Notes under the pieces: model-generated
What the model saw: the letters and a program-made list of their open reading frames with translations, nothing else
The model's database searches: none
What the model was told of the DNA's origin: nothing
Part shown: positions 29,465-39,739 of the stretch, piece by piece
Layout: each line of letters opens with the position of its first letter
Numbering within the stretch: position 1 is the stretch's first letter
Source: Candidatus Melainabacteria bacterium 17Bon1m
GTDB lineage: Bacteria; Cyanobacteriota; Vampirovibrionia; Obscuribacterales; Obscuribacteraceae
NCBI GenBank assembly: GCA_032128875.1
Contig: JAVLKG010000008.1
Span: 211,212-275,211, forward strand
Direction: 5' to 3'
DNA length: 64,000 nt
Position numbers and translations under genes: made by a program

Positions 29465-29641
29465 TCGTTCCTACTCCTTGTTGAAGTTCAGTTATTTACA
29501 GCCGACTTGTAGTCAGCTGTTTGGACTCGGCACCGTCGGCTGATTCCGAAGGCACCGCACCAAAAGCACTCAAGGGAGTGGCAAGTTGCCCCACCACTCC
29601 CTCGAGTTTGCCACCTCAGAGATTAGAGGCAGCGCCGCTGC

Positions 29642-30043
29642 TTAGCGACGGCAGCGGTAGTCGCGGCGGTAGTTGTAGCGGCAGTATTCCTGCCACTCGT
29701 ACTGGCGACGGAGTTCCTCGCGGCGAATCGCTTCGCGGCGAGCCATCTCGTCCTGGCAGCGCCAGTCGCAGCGGTTGCGATAACCGCCGTGACCGCCGTA
29801 GCCGCCGTTGTACACCGGACCGCTGTGATAGCCCTGGTCGTTGTCGACCGCCGAGCCAACCGCGCCGCCGATTGCACCGCCAATGATGGCGCCGGCGGCG
29901 GGATTGTCCCGGTTGAGGATGGCACCGCCAATGGCGCCGACCCCGATGCCGGTGGTGGTGTTGGGACCCAGCTGCATACCAGCGCAGCCGGAGAGAAGGA
30001 CGCCCAGGAGGGCGATGATCGTTGCAAGGCGAAGACTCTTCAT
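29642..30043 (-). CDS. Glycine-zipper lipoprotein
   Basis: Lipobox LLSGC; GIGVGAIGGAILN...GAIIGGAIGGAVG; AGGAG RBS. Confidence 0.8.
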   Translation of the reverse strand: MKSLRLATIIALLGVLLSGCAGMQLGPNTTTGIGVGAIGGAILNRDNPAAGAIIGGAIGGAVGSAVDNDQGYHSGPVYNGGYGGHGGYRNRCDWRCQDEMARREAIRREELRRQYEWQEYCRYNYRRDYRCRR

Positions 30044-30267
30044 GTCTAAGCTCCTGTGAAGTGTTTTTGGCGAAACAGCTTTTGCTGAGCGTGTCTCGCT
30101 ACTAGCAAGGCGGAAGAAACAAGCCGCCCGGCAAGTGGGTTACGCACGCACGAAATGCGCGTACGCTGTTCTTGAAGTCCGCCGAAGCAGACCGCAAGCA
30201 GAACGCCGATGAACATTGCTGCTCACCTGCGCCCTGCTTCTAACCAAACACATCTTGCGACGTGGTA

Positions 30268-30738
30268 TCAGGCGACCTGGAAAGTGACTTCCGAGCCGTC
30301 GTAGCGCAGTGCCAGCACCTTCGCCTTCAGCGCTTCGGCATGAGTGCGCACCTTGGGGAAGGCGCGAATCTCTTCGCCGGGCTGCAGGACGACGACGCGG
30401 CAGGCATTGCCGCAGCGCGGGTTGACGGCGAGCTGGTCAGGGGTGAAGTGGAACTCGAAGCCACCCGTGGGGATGACGATGAGCGCGCACTGACCACGAA
30501 CACCATCCTTGTCGGCGACGTCGACGGTCGGAACGAGCTCCATGCCGCCTTCGCCATCGACCTTGAAGTCGACCTCGAACACGCTGCCTTCGCGTTCGCT
30601 GGCAGTGGCCAGCTTCGGCGAAACTCTGACGTAGGGACGATTGCTGCCGCCGACCGGGATGTAGGCAGTGCCGTCCATTCCCTTCCAGCCGAGGCCAGCA
30701 ACCACTTCACCTTCGCCGCGTACACGAAATGCTTTCAT
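30268..30738 (-). CDS. Hypothetical protein (beta-rich)
   Basis: AGGAG RBS; first gene of minus-strand operon. Confidence 0.8.
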   Translation of the reverse strand: MKAFRVRGEGEVVAGLGWKGMDGTAYIPVGGSNRPYVRVSPKLATASEREGSVFEVDFKVDGEGGMELVPTVDVADKDGVRGQCALIVIPTGGFEFHFTPDQLAVNPRCGNACRVVVLQPGEEIRAFPKVRTHAEALKAKVLALRYDGSEVTFQVA

Positions 30739-31490
30739 GTTGATCTCCTGAGTTTAACCAGGTTGATACCTAGACCCTTCAGATGAGCGTTGTTGCCACC
30801 TTAAGGTCCGCCATTTGAGCCAGAGACTTTCGTCAAAAGCTCTGCATCTCAGTCACTCCTTTTTCTCAGATTTACTAACCTCGCCAACCAAAAACGGCAC
30901 CACGACTTAATCGCCCTGGACCGAAGACCAGAGGAAAGGGCGCGAATGTCGCATGGCTGTTGTTTTGGAGGAAGCTTGGGTCTGATGAATTGGGAGAGAT
31001 AGAGATGTCTTTAAGTAAGCAAAGACTTTTACGATCACCTAAGAAAGTTTTGTATACAAGAACCTCTTTACATCCAGAAACACATTCGCGCGCGCGCGCG
31101 CCCGACGCTGTTTCGGGCATTTTCAACATTAAAACGAGTTAGTAAAGCTATCGCACCCGTTAAGAGCGCGCTAATCTTCGCGAGGTTTTCGGGCTTTCCT
31201 CTTCGCGGGCAAAAAAATTGCTCACGCCTACCCCAGAAATAGTGGTGGTTTCATTTTTTATGACGCGTCTCAAAATCAAGAACTCAAAACGCCGACAAGA
31301 AGCTCCAAAGCGTTTTCTACCCTAGAAACATCATTATCACTATCAGCCACTGACAAGCGGCTGCCACGGTATATTGGAAATGTCTGAGCACGCCCGTGCT
31401 GCTTAACACGCGTCTAGTGATCTGAAAAAGGTTCACCACGGGCTTGCAGGACTCTTTTCCACGCAATTGACTCATGAGCCAAGGTGAAAC

Positions 31491-31832
31491 ATGTCCAGCA
31501 ATTCGCAATGGATGCCTTACATATTGCCTTTGTACTGCATACTTTTTGCCTGGACTTGGACTTGGATGTTCATTTGGAAGCGCCGGAAGACGCATCCTGT
31601 TCTTTGGATGTGGGGCGCTCGCTGTTGGTGTCTAGTTCAACTGCTTTCGATATTGGGCATCTCAATTGCTGCGCTTTACCATGGTCACAAGACCGGGCTT
31701 GATGCAGGTTTCAAGACGGCACTGTACGGATTTACCTTTTTGACAGTGTTCTACGTAATTCTCTGGAAGTTCGGCCGTAAAGTCATTGCGAATATCATCA
31801 AAGAGTGCAACTGGGGAAGTTTGGCACGATGA
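31491..31832 (+). CDS. Small three-TM membrane protein
   Basis: AAGGTG RBS; three hydrophobic segments. Confidence 0.65.
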   Translation: MSSNSQWMPYILPLYCILFAWTWTWMFIWKRRKTHPVLWMWGARCWCLVQLLSILGISIAALYHGHKTGLDAGFKTALYGFTFLTVFYVILWKFGRKVIANIIKECNWGSLAR

Positions 31833-31878
31833 ATGCAGCATGATCAGCCGTATCGAACACTCGTGGTTAAATCAGGAT

Positions 31879-32103
31879 ATGAGCAAAATAGAGAAACTAA
31901 AGCAACTCCTCCGCCACAAATTCGACATACGGGCGTTTGTGATAGGCGTTAGCATTGCGCTTCTAATCTCGGGACTGATCAGCTTCTTTTTTCATTGTCC
32001 GATTTGGATGACGTTCTTTATGGTCATATTTTCAATGGTCATCAATGGATTCATCGCCGAATGGGAGGACAACCAGCCCGGAGGTTTCAATAATCCTGAC
32101 TGA
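31879..32103 (+). CDS. Small two-TM membrane protein
   Basis: Two TMs then AEWEDNQPGGFNNP; start uncertain. Confidence 0.6.
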   Translation: MSKIEKLKQLLRHKFDIRAFVIGVSIALLISGLISFFFHCPIWMTFFMVIFSMVINGFIAEWEDNQPGGFNNPD

Positions 32104-32131
32104 AATGCCGCATGAAAGGAGCAGTGGAAAT

Positions 32132-32395
32132 ATGTCAGAAAACTCTGATTCAGAAAGCGATTACGAACGTTTAAAACATTTAGAAAAGTGCGTAATTGAG
32201 TTATCTCACGATGCGAAAATCAGTATTACCGCAGCGTCTGGATATGCAAAATTACTAGCGAGACGATCAGAGACTTTGACCGAAGAAAACAGGTCGGATG
32301 CAGTGCAGCGAATACTCACAAATTTGATTGCCTCGGAAGAGACGATTACAAAGCTGATGAAAGCAGCGTGTGTAAATTCTCCGGACGAAACATAA
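32132..32395 (+). CDS. Stand-alone HisKA-like (DHp) domain protein
   Basis: LSHDAKISITAASGYAKLL resembles the H-box helix; no HATPase domain follows. Confidence 0.55.
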   Translation: MSENSDSESDYERLKHLEKCVIELSHDAKISITAASGYAKLLARRSETLTEENRSDAVQRILTNLIASEETITKLMKAACVNSPDET

Positions 32396-32417
32396 TAGCC
32401 CCAGCCCTAGTGGCCCC

Positions 32418-32750
32418 ATGAACAAGCTCTATGAGTATCAAAAGAAATTGCCTCACACGCCACACGCACGCGGCGAGGAAGAAACGCACATCGTTGACGC
32501 GGAACGACCCTTTGTCGATTCATACATAGACCGAGATGAATTTGCCGAGCTTTTTGGAGGATTTCTAATTGCAGATGATCTGGAAGATCCGCCCAAACAG
32601 TACCGGGGGGTTTGGGGCAAGGATAAAGTCAGGAAATTTAAGCGGGTTCTTCGAGAACGGGGCGCTGAGTTTGAAGTATGCAGAATAGACGGATCTCAGC
32701 GCCATTTTCGAGTTACCGCACAGGAAAAATACTTAGGTGATGCAACATAA
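32418..32750 (+). CDS. Hypothetical protein
   Basis: 110-aa ORF co-oriented with neighbours. Confidence 0.6.
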   Translation: MNKLYEYQKKLPHTPHARGEEETHIVDAERPFVDSYIDRDEFAELFGGFLIADDLEDPPKQYRGVWGKDKVRKFKRVLRERGAEFEVCRIDGSQRHFRVTAQEKYLGDAT

Positions 32751-32883
32751 CGACTACTATCAGCCCCCTAGGCATCGGAGACACGTTTTTCATGACCGGC
32801 AGCTAACCGGGCGTCATGTTTTAATCAGCAACCCCAATAAGCGGGCAGGACGCATAATCGGTAAATAATGGAGAATTCATTGC

Positions 32884-33309
32884 ATGCAAAGTCTGTCTTC
32901 CGAAGACTTAGTTATCTACAACCGAATTCTTGACATAGTTGTCGAAGTATCTAATCACGATCGCAATATACTGCACATGAACAGCAATGTTGATGCCTTG
33001 GGGATTGTTGGCATAGATGCAGACGAATTAATCGAAAAGGTTGCCTTAGAGTTTGATGCGGATTTTACCGCCTTCCAATTTGAAAGATATTGCGCGCCAG
33101 AGAGTATTGTTGACTTTAATGCCGGTAGAAGAAGCCCTCTTTTGATCGAAGACCTATTCAACGCCGCAAAAAACAAAGTTTGGACTGATCCGCCGGAACG
33201 CGAAAAAGAACAGAAATCCACGCCGGAAAGAGTTGAAGATTGGCTTAAGTTTGGGCTGGGCGTCGGTACTGTTTATGGACTACTGCGCGTGTTCAAAATA
33301 CTGCACTAA
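32884..33309 (+). CDS. DUF1493-like (acyl-carrier-fold) protein with C-terminal hydrophobic segment
   Basis: LGIVGIDADELIE...FDADFTAFQFERY...PLLIEDL...W pattern; GGAG RBS. Confidence 0.65.
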   Translation: MQSLSSEDLVIYNRILDIVVEVSNHDRNILHMNSNVDALGIVGIDADELIEKVALEFDADFTAFQFERYCAPESIVDFNAGRRSPLLIEDLFNAAKNKVWTDPPEREKEQKSTPERVEDWLKFGLGVGTVYGLLRVFKILH

Positions 33310-33327
33310 TTTCATCTCGCTAGCAGC

Positions 33328-33353
33328 AAAAAACGGTCCGGAGACCGTTTTTT
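33328..33353. terminator. Bidirectional intrinsic terminator
   Basis: AAAAAACGGTC-CGGA-GACCGTTTTTT. Confidence 0.85.
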
Positions 33354-33580
33354 CCCTTTGTTGAAGTTGACAAAAATTAGTCAGTTAAAAACGAATGTGG
33401 AAAATGAACGGGACGGGCCAGCTCAAACTTCAGTCATGCAGGCTGGTATGACCTACGCTTGAGCCCGCCAATCCACTTCCCCTTCGCTGTGAAGATGTTT
33501 CGCCGCTGGCTTCCAGGCTGCAAATTGCGGCGATGGCAGTAATGTAACTCGCGCAGTCTGAACGAATCCTGAACAGCAAA

Positions 33581-34996
33581 CTAGTCCGCGTGTTTTTGTG
33601 AATCCCATTTGATGATGTCGCGACGAAGCACCGCGCGCTCGAACTTATATTTGCGAATTTCCTCGGCTGCGCCTGGATCTTCGGATTTCTCGAGCATCGG
33701 GATCAACTCATCGTACGCTTCCCTGAGTTCCTTAAAATTGCGCTGCGGGTTTTTCTTAAAAATACGAATTGCTTCCTCCATGTCAGCAATTGCCTCGGGC
33801 AGCCTGTTCAAATGAAACCGGCATGCTGCAAGGCGCTTCAAGGTTTCGCCAACATGGAAATTATCCTTGCCGCGCAGCTCTGCCCGAAGCTTCACCTGCT
33901 CTTTGAGGAGAACTTCTTGCTCATCATATTTGCGCTGCATTTTAAGAACGCGGTCTTTCGCTTGCATAAAATTGTCGAATTGAACGCTGCGCGGTCCGCC
34001 GACTTTGATGGCCAGCGCTTCTGCCTCCTTCAACAATCTATCGGCGCCGACAGCATCATTCATTCGCTGCTTTGTGCGCGACCACTCGAAAAGCGTTTGC
34101 AATGTGTCTTCGCCTTTTTTATCGTACAGCTTCACTTGCTTTGCGGCTTCGGCAAGATATTGGTCCGACTTAACGTAATCGTTATCTCTAGCCGTTTCAC
34201 GTCCTTTGTTATAAGCTTCTCGCCAGGCATCTCGGGCTATTGCTTTTGTTCCACCAGGGTTGAACTTCGCGTAAGCCTCTTGCTTTTCCTCAACCTTTTC
34301 GGCTTCGCCTCTCTTTCCAATCTTTGTGAGAAACTTAGCGTAAGCTGCCGCGATGTCCTCACGAATCGGCACGGAGATGCGCTCTTCATCAATCACAGAT
34401 AGCGCGCTTTCATAATTTTTCGCAGCGCCTGTCGCATCTCCATCGTACTCCCGAATTCGCGCCAGTCCATACAAAGCTCTTGCATAGCCAATTCCAGCGA
34501 GCGTGTCTCGCTCTCGTTCTTCTTTAGCTTGAGACCAAAACGGCGCAAGAGTAACCGCAGACTCTTCGAGGTATGGACGTGCACCATTCACGTCGCCACT
34601 ATCAAATAGCAGCAAACCTAGCAACGCATCCGCTTCTCCGCGTTCTTTTGCGACCAAGTTGGCACTTTCAGTATTGCTAGCGTTTGCCGCGCGAAAGTGC
34701 GAGATGGAGGAGGCGAGGACAGTTTTTGCTTCGGCATCGCGATTTTCCGAGGCAAGAACCTTACCCAATCTCCCTTCAGCCAAAGCCAGTTTCCAATTAC
34801 CTGCGCCGAGTTTCTCACCATGCGAAACAGCCAAGCGAAATAAGCGCTCCGCTCTCTCCGCATCGTTTTCCTGCAATGCTCTCTCTCCGTCGAGCAAATA
34901 CTTTTCGAGAAAGCGCGCGTCATAGTCCGCACTGCCAGCCGAGCATCCGCCCAGCAGTATCGTCAGTGAAAAAACAACTAAAAATCTGCCGCGCAA
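33581..34996 (-). CDS. TPR-repeat lipoprotein
   Basis: Lipobox LLGGC; repeated TPR-like helices; TTG start. Confidence 0.8.
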   Translation of the reverse strand: MRGRFLVVFSLTILLGGCSAGSADYDARFLEKYLLDGERALQENDAERAERLFRLAVSHGEKLGAGNWKLALAEGRLGKVLASENRDAEAKTVLASSISHFRAANASNTESANLVAKERGEADALLGLLLFDSGDVNGARPYLEESAVTLAPFWSQAKEERERDTLAGIGYARALYGLARIREYDGDATGAAKNYESALSVIDEERISVPIREDIAAAYAKFLTKIGKRGEAEKVEEKQEAYAKFNPGGTKAIARDAWREAYNKGRETARDNDYVKSDQYLAEAAKQVKLYDKKGEDTLQTLFEWSRTKQRMNDAVGADRLLKEAEALAIKVGGPRSVQFDNFMQAKDRVLKMQRKYDEQEVLLKEQVKLRAELRGKDNFHVGETLKRLAACRFHLNRLPEAIADMEEAIRIFKKNPQRNFKELREAYDELIPMLEKSEDPGAAEEIRKYKFERAVLRRDIIKWDSQKHAD

Positions 34997-35169
34997 CTCA
35001 AAAAACCCGTTTTCTCTATGGACAAGATTACACTAATACGCAAGCGCGGAAATCAAATGCCGGCTAGAAGCCAGCGCTCCGGCCGGGCTCCGGCCAGGCT
35101 GCGGACTACTTCGTCCGCAGTTCGGCGGCGCTGCTATCATATGCAGGCGACCGCTCGGATTCTGTGCAG

Positions 35170-35841
35170 ATGGCAAAAATACTTTTAGTTGAGGACGACG
35201 CAACCCTGGCAACCCGGGTTCTCGAATGGCTTGAGTCGGAGAAGCACATTGTCGAGCACGCTAACACGGGCACCATTGCTTGCGAAAAGCTGGAAGATTT
35301 CAAGTACGAGGTTGTCATTCTCGACCTCGGATTGCCGGACATGACGGGCATTGATGTGCTTAGAAAATTCCGCTCGAAGGGCGGCATCACGCCTGTACTA
35401 ATCCTCACCGGGCAAGACAGCGTCGACGACAAAGAGCGCGGTCTCGATGCCGGCGCTGACGATTATTTGACGAAGCCCTTTGACGCGCGCGAGCTGTCTG
35501 CGCGACTGAGAGCATTGCAGCGGCGTCCGCAAAATTTCTCTGGGGTAAAACTCAATGCAGGTGCTCTGGAACTTGATACTGTTAGCCGCAAAGTGTTGTT
35601 GAACAATGTCGAGGTGCCGCTGAAACCGCGCGAATTTGCCATGCTGGAATACATGATGCGACGCCCTGGAAAAGTCGTAAGTCCTGATGAGCTGTTGAAG
35701 AACGTGTGGGGATCGGATTCGGATTCAACTAGTGAAACGATCTACACGCACATCAAAAACTTGAGAAAGAAGCTGACCATGGAAGGCGTAGAGCCGCCCA
35801 TCAAGACTGTTCATGGCGTCGGCTATCGGATTGATCCGTAG
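35170..35841 (+). CDS. OmpR/PhoB-family response regulator
   Basis: ILLVEDD, ILDLGLPD, GADDYLTKPF, TVHGVGY. Confidence 0.93.
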   Translation: MAKILLVEDDATLATRVLEWLESEKHIVEHANTGTIACEKLEDFKYEVVILDLGLPDMTGIDVLRKFRSKGGITPVLILTGQDSVDDKERGLDAGADDYLTKPFDARELSARLRALQRRPQNFSGVKLNAGALELDTVSRKVLLNNVEVPLKPREFAMLEYMMRRPGKVVSPDELLKNVWGSDSDSTSETIYTHIKNLRKKLTMEGVEPPIKTVHGVGYRIDP

Positions 35842-35906
35842 TTTAGAAACAGTTTGCAGAAGCGAAAAGTACGATGCGCGGAAGCAAGACCGGTCGACGC
35901 ATGGCG

Positions 35907-36386
35907 TCACGCTAGTTCATGAACCAGTTCCATCACCATGATGTGCTGCGGTCCTGCAGAACCGCCGTGATAAATTTCGCCAATATCTCGAAAACCGTAT
36001 TTCTCGTATAGCCGATACGCAGTTTGGTTGCGGCAATTTACCGACAGCCCGATGCTTTTGATGTGCGGGAAGTATTCACGAGCAAGCGCTGGTAATTGCA
36101 GCATCGCCTTCTTCGCATAACCCTTTCCTTGCTGACGCGCGTCGATCATAAATGACTGCAACGTCACACGTTCGTCCGAGCGAAGCTGATCGATGACGTC
36201 GCTGTCTGAAGGTTTCAGAGTGAAGAAACCGACGTTCACTCCGGCATCGCGGATAACAAACGCCATTTCGTTCACATGCATTTTTGCTATCGCACTTGCA
36301 ACCGGGCTTGTGAACTGCATTTGCTCGGGCAAAACAGTTACGTCAATCGAAGAATGTTGAGGCTCGATGCGTTGTATTACAAACAT
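35907..36386 (-). CDS. GNAT-family N-acetyltransferase
   Basis: FMIDARQQGKGYAK acetyl-CoA motif; N..AYRLYEKYGF. Confidence 0.85.
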   Translation of the reverse strand: MFVIQRIEPQHSSIDVTVLPEQMQFTSPVASAIAKMHVNEMAFVIRDAGVNVGFFTLKPSDSDVIDQLRSDERVTLQSFMIDARQQGKGYAKKAMLQLPALAREYFPHIKSIGLSVNCRNQTAYRLYEKYGFRDIGEIYHGGSAGPQHIMVMELVHELA

Positions 36387-36409
36387 TGGTTCAGCTTCTT
36401 ATATGTAGG

Positions 36410-37864
36410 TTAGGCATCCGGCAAGCGGATCCAAAAACTGCTTCCCTTACCGTCTTCAGAATCCACGCCAATCGTGCCGCCATGCGCTTCTACGATAGCC
36501 CTGGAGATTGCCAGACCAAGTCCGGTGCCTTCCTTTTCTTTGCCGTCGCCTCGCAAAACTTGCTGAAATCGCTCGAAGATTTTCTTCTTATAGTCGGCAG
36601 GAATTCCGGGACCCGAGTCAATAACGCGAATCTCGACACAACGCTCTTTCTCCTCGCCCCGAACAATCACCTTCGAATTGTTCGGTGAAAACTTAATGGC
36701 GTTGCCCAGCAGGTTGATAATCACTTGTTCAAGCCGATCTCCATCACCTGGAAATTCGATCTCATCTTTGCTTTCGATAACGAGTTCGATCTCTTTGGAA
36801 ACAGCCAAAGCGCGCACAGCATCAGTGCAATGTTCTGCAAGAGTTCGAAATTCCAATGGCATTTTGAGAACATTGAGTTTGCCGGATTCAATCTTTTCAA
36901 TGTCTAGAAGGTCGTTGATCAGCCGAATCAGCCGCTTGGCACTGATTTCCGCCGAACTCAATTCTTTCAAACCTTTCTCATTCAACTCGCCGTACTTGCC
37001 AGAGCCAATGAGCGTCAAAGAGAAATCCAACGACATTAAGGGACTACGCAAATCGTGACTGACCATCGAAATGACTTCTTGCTTCTGTTTCTCAGCCTGC
37101 GCCAATTCCCGCGCCATATCATGGAAGGTGGCATCAAGGTGAGCGATTTCATCGGTTCCTCCAACAGCAGGATTCAACTGCTGCCGCCCCACCATGCGCC
37201 TGGTGTTGTCCATGAGAACACGCAAACGATTGACCGTACTCTGGGAGATGAACAGCGCCATGGCGATTGCGAGGAGGATGTTCAAAACCAATCCGCCGAC
37301 AAGACAGGAAACAATCAAAGAGCGAAAACGCGCTTGCTGCTGCGGAGCAGTTTCTTCAATCTGACGCTCATCTGCGATCAGATCGTGAATATGTTGAATG
37401 AGCGCGCCAACCGATGCTGTAACACGCTTGCGCAAAGACCCAGCGGAAGCCAGACTGTGCGCATTCTCTCCAGCGTCCAAATCGTTTTTAATGGACTTGA
37501 GCAGGCTTAGCGCCTTATTTGTCGCAGCGTAAACTTCATCAAAAGCCGCTTTCTGCCGCGGCGTTCCAGAAACGAGTAATTCCAACGAACGCAGCCGCGT
37601 AGGAATAAGTTCCACCCTTCGCAAATATTCGGCAGTCACTTGCTGAGAAGGACTGACCGCATAGGCGACAAGTGCAGAAGACGTGTCATAGATGTTTTTC
37701 ACAAGCTCGTTGCTCTCGGCAATCACTGCCTTGCTGTGCGTTTCTTTATTCAGTTCGACTTCTGCTTTGTGCAAAAGCTCAGACAAAACAAATACGAAGC
37801 CAAGCTCAAACATCAGCGGCAAGACCACAATGATCAGGAGTTTGTGTGTGAGTTTGAGTTGCAC
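36410..37864 (-). CDS. Membrane sensor histidine kinase (HAMP-HisKA-HATPase)
   Basis: Two TMs, MVSHDLRSPL, NLLGNAIKF, DSGPGI, GTGLGLAI; GTG start. Confidence 0.93.
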   Translation of the reverse strand: MQLKLTHKLLIIVVLPLMFELGFVFVLSELLHKAEVELNKETHSKAVIAESNELVKNIYDTSSALVAYAVSPSQQVTAEYLRRVELIPTRLRSLELLVSGTPRQKAAFDEVYAATNKALSLLKSIKNDLDAGENAHSLASAGSLRKRVTASVGALIQHIHDLIADERQIEETAPQQQARFRSLIVSCLVGGLVLNILLAIAMALFISQSTVNRLRVLMDNTRRMVGRQQLNPAVGGTDEIAHLDATFHDMARELAQAEKQKQEVISMVSHDLRSPLMSLDFSLTLIGSGKYGELNEKGLKELSSAEISAKRLIRLINDLLDIEKIESGKLNVLKMPLEFRTLAEHCTDAVRALAVSKEIELVIESKDEIEFPGDGDRLEQVIINLLGNAIKFSPNNSKVIVRGEEKERCVEIRVIDSGPGIPADYKKKIFERFQQVLRGDGKEKEGTGLGLAISRAIVEAHGGTIGVDSEDGKGSSFWIRLPDA

Positions 37865-38249
37865 AAGAAGGGCGGGTTGGGAAAAACATTCGATCGCGGT
37901 TTGAAAAACCAGATCTACAAAAACAATCTATCTAATTGAATCGTTTCCCAATAATAGTTCATTGAATGAAACTCTGAGAGCCCCCACTAGAATTTTCGCT
38001 ATGCGGAGAAAACCATCTGAACCGCAGCGATGACAACCACAGCAGTAACCGCATGGCGAAAGAAATTCCACGACTGCAACCCCTTACTACTGCTTTTTAT
38101 AGTATTCCAATTTAAAAAAAGCAAACCGACAGAGGAGCATGCGCTCCTCCGCGGAATGCCAGTGCTGAGCAACTGGGCTGAGGTATAGACACCAGGGGTG
38201 GTGCCCATCCTCAACCCAGTTTTTCGCGCTCAGCGGTGAACCACGCCGG

Positions 38250-38579
38250 TTAGACGACCTGGACGCCAGAGTCCTTGTCGACCACCGTGCCCGAGGGCAG
38301 CGTGATGGTGCTCGCTTCCACGACGGCAAGCTGCGCCGGGAAGATGGCGGTGGTCTTTTCGCGAACCACCTTGCCGGACGCCTCGTTCTTGGCAGTCATG
38401 ATGACCACCACGTAGTCGCCCTCTCTGAGAGCGGACTCGTCGATGATCACCTTGCCCTGCTTCTGCTCGATGACGTCTTCGAGGGCCTCGTAGCGAGCGA
38501 TGCCGCTGCGAGAAGCGCGTACCGTGGACGAAACGACCAGGTTGCCCGTGCGCTGTTGGATGACGATACCTTGTACCAT
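38250..38579 (-). CDS. Hypothetical protein
   Basis: AAGGAG RBS; biased codons. Confidence 0.7.
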   Translation of the reverse strand: MVQGIVIQQRTGNLVVSSTVRASRSGIARYEALEDVIEQKQGKVIIDESALREGDYVVVIMTAKNEASGKVVREKTTAIFPAQLAVVEASTITLPSGTVVDKDSGVQVV

Positions 38580-38821
38580 GAGATTTCTCCTTGTTTTTTT
38601 CTTTCCGTCCGCCGTTAAGCGAGACGGAAGGTGGAGCCGGTCGACGAGCACACGCCCATCTGTTTGACCGGCTGGCCTTGGTTAGAGATAGATTCACGGT
38701 GCTTACTTCAAACGGCTCTAGCACCACTCAAGCCGTTTGCCGAGATGAGCGGGCTAGGGTCCCTTGCGAGACCCTAGCCGCTCCAGACCTACCGAAACAG
38801 CCGCGTGTTGGCGGGTGAGGC

Positions 38822-39739
38822 TTACGCCTTCTCCACCACCAGACGACCGTTGCGCACCTCGTTGGTGAAGCGCACTCGCGTGCTCTTGCACCGCAGGATG
38901 CTGTCGGACAGCGAGCCGTCGACGTTCACCAGCAGCGCTTCCACGCCGTCGGCGATGTCGACCACGATGCCGTCCTCGGTCGAACGCGCGTTCTTGCCGG
39001 TCGTGTCGCAGCCCTCGGGGAAGCGGTCACGCAGCGCGTTCTCGTACTCGTCGGCCTCTTCGCGCTCGCGCTCGGCGCGCTGGGCACGGGAGGCGTCCTT
39101 GAGGCTCAGACCGATGTCCAGGAAGCCCTTGGCGTTGCGGCCGGACTTGCTGAGCTTGGCCGTCACCGTGGTGCCGACCTCGATCTCGGACAGGATGGCG
39201 TCGCGGACGTCCTTCGAGCGGTCATCGCTGACCTCGCTGACGTGAATCAGCGCGCGGCGACCCTTGGCGGGGCCGTCGGCGATCTCGACGAACGCACCGA
39301 GACCCGGGCGGTTCTCGATGACGACGCCCGTGACCTCGGTGCCGACCGGCAGCGCGAGGATGGCGGCCTCGACGGCTTCGCGGGACTCGCGGTTCTCGCG
39401 ACCGCGCTTGGCGATCAGAGCCCGCTCGGAGATCGCGTACTGGGCGATCTTCTTGCCCTTGAGGCCGGGGTTCTTCGCGTCGACGACTTCCGCGCGGGTG
39501 ACGAGACCCTCGATGATGTCGCCGAGCTTGATGCCGCCCTTGATGCGCGCGTTGCGGTCCTCGTCGGTCTTGCCGGAGACCTGGTTGTTCACCAGCAGGG
39601 CGCGAACGTTGCCGGTGAAGGCGACGCCGTTGACCTCGGTGACCGAGACTTGGAAGCCGTACTCGGCGACGGACGTGACTTTGCCCTTGACGATGGCGTT
39701 CTTGTCGAAGGCGAGGGTCGGAATGGAATTCGTGTTCAT
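38822..39739 (-). CDS. S1 RNA-binding domain protein (divergent, 2-3 S1 repeats)
   Basis: IVKGKVTSVAEYGFQV; GTEVTGVVI...LGAFVEI...ALIHVSEVS...IGLSLK; third degenerate repeat GIVVDIADGVEALL. Confidence 0.8.
   Translation of the reverse strand: MNTNSIPTLAFDKNAIVKGKVTSVAEYGFQVSVTEVNGVAFTGNVRALLVNNQVSGKTDEDRNARIKGGIKLGDIIEGLVTRAEVVDAKNPGLKGKKIAQYAISERALIAKRGRENRESREAVEAAILALPVGTEVTGVVIENRPGLGAFVEIADGPAKGRRALIHVSEVSDDRSKDVRDAILSEIEVGTTVTAKLSKSGRNAKGFLDIGLSLKDASRAQRAEREREEADEYENALRDRFPEGCDTTGKNARSTEDGIVVDIADGVEALLVNVDGSLSDSILRCKSTRVRFTNEVRNGRLVVEKA

Noticed and set aside
31491-33309. Run of short co-oriented low-GC genes as an integron cassette array
   Set aside because: Spacers are mostly too short, there are no paired attC boxes, and no integron integrase is present
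35076-35121. GCTCCGGCC direct repeat and CTGCGGAC/GTCCGCAG hairpin upstream of the response regulator
   Set aside because: Only two short copies and no other occurrence seen; insufficient to assign
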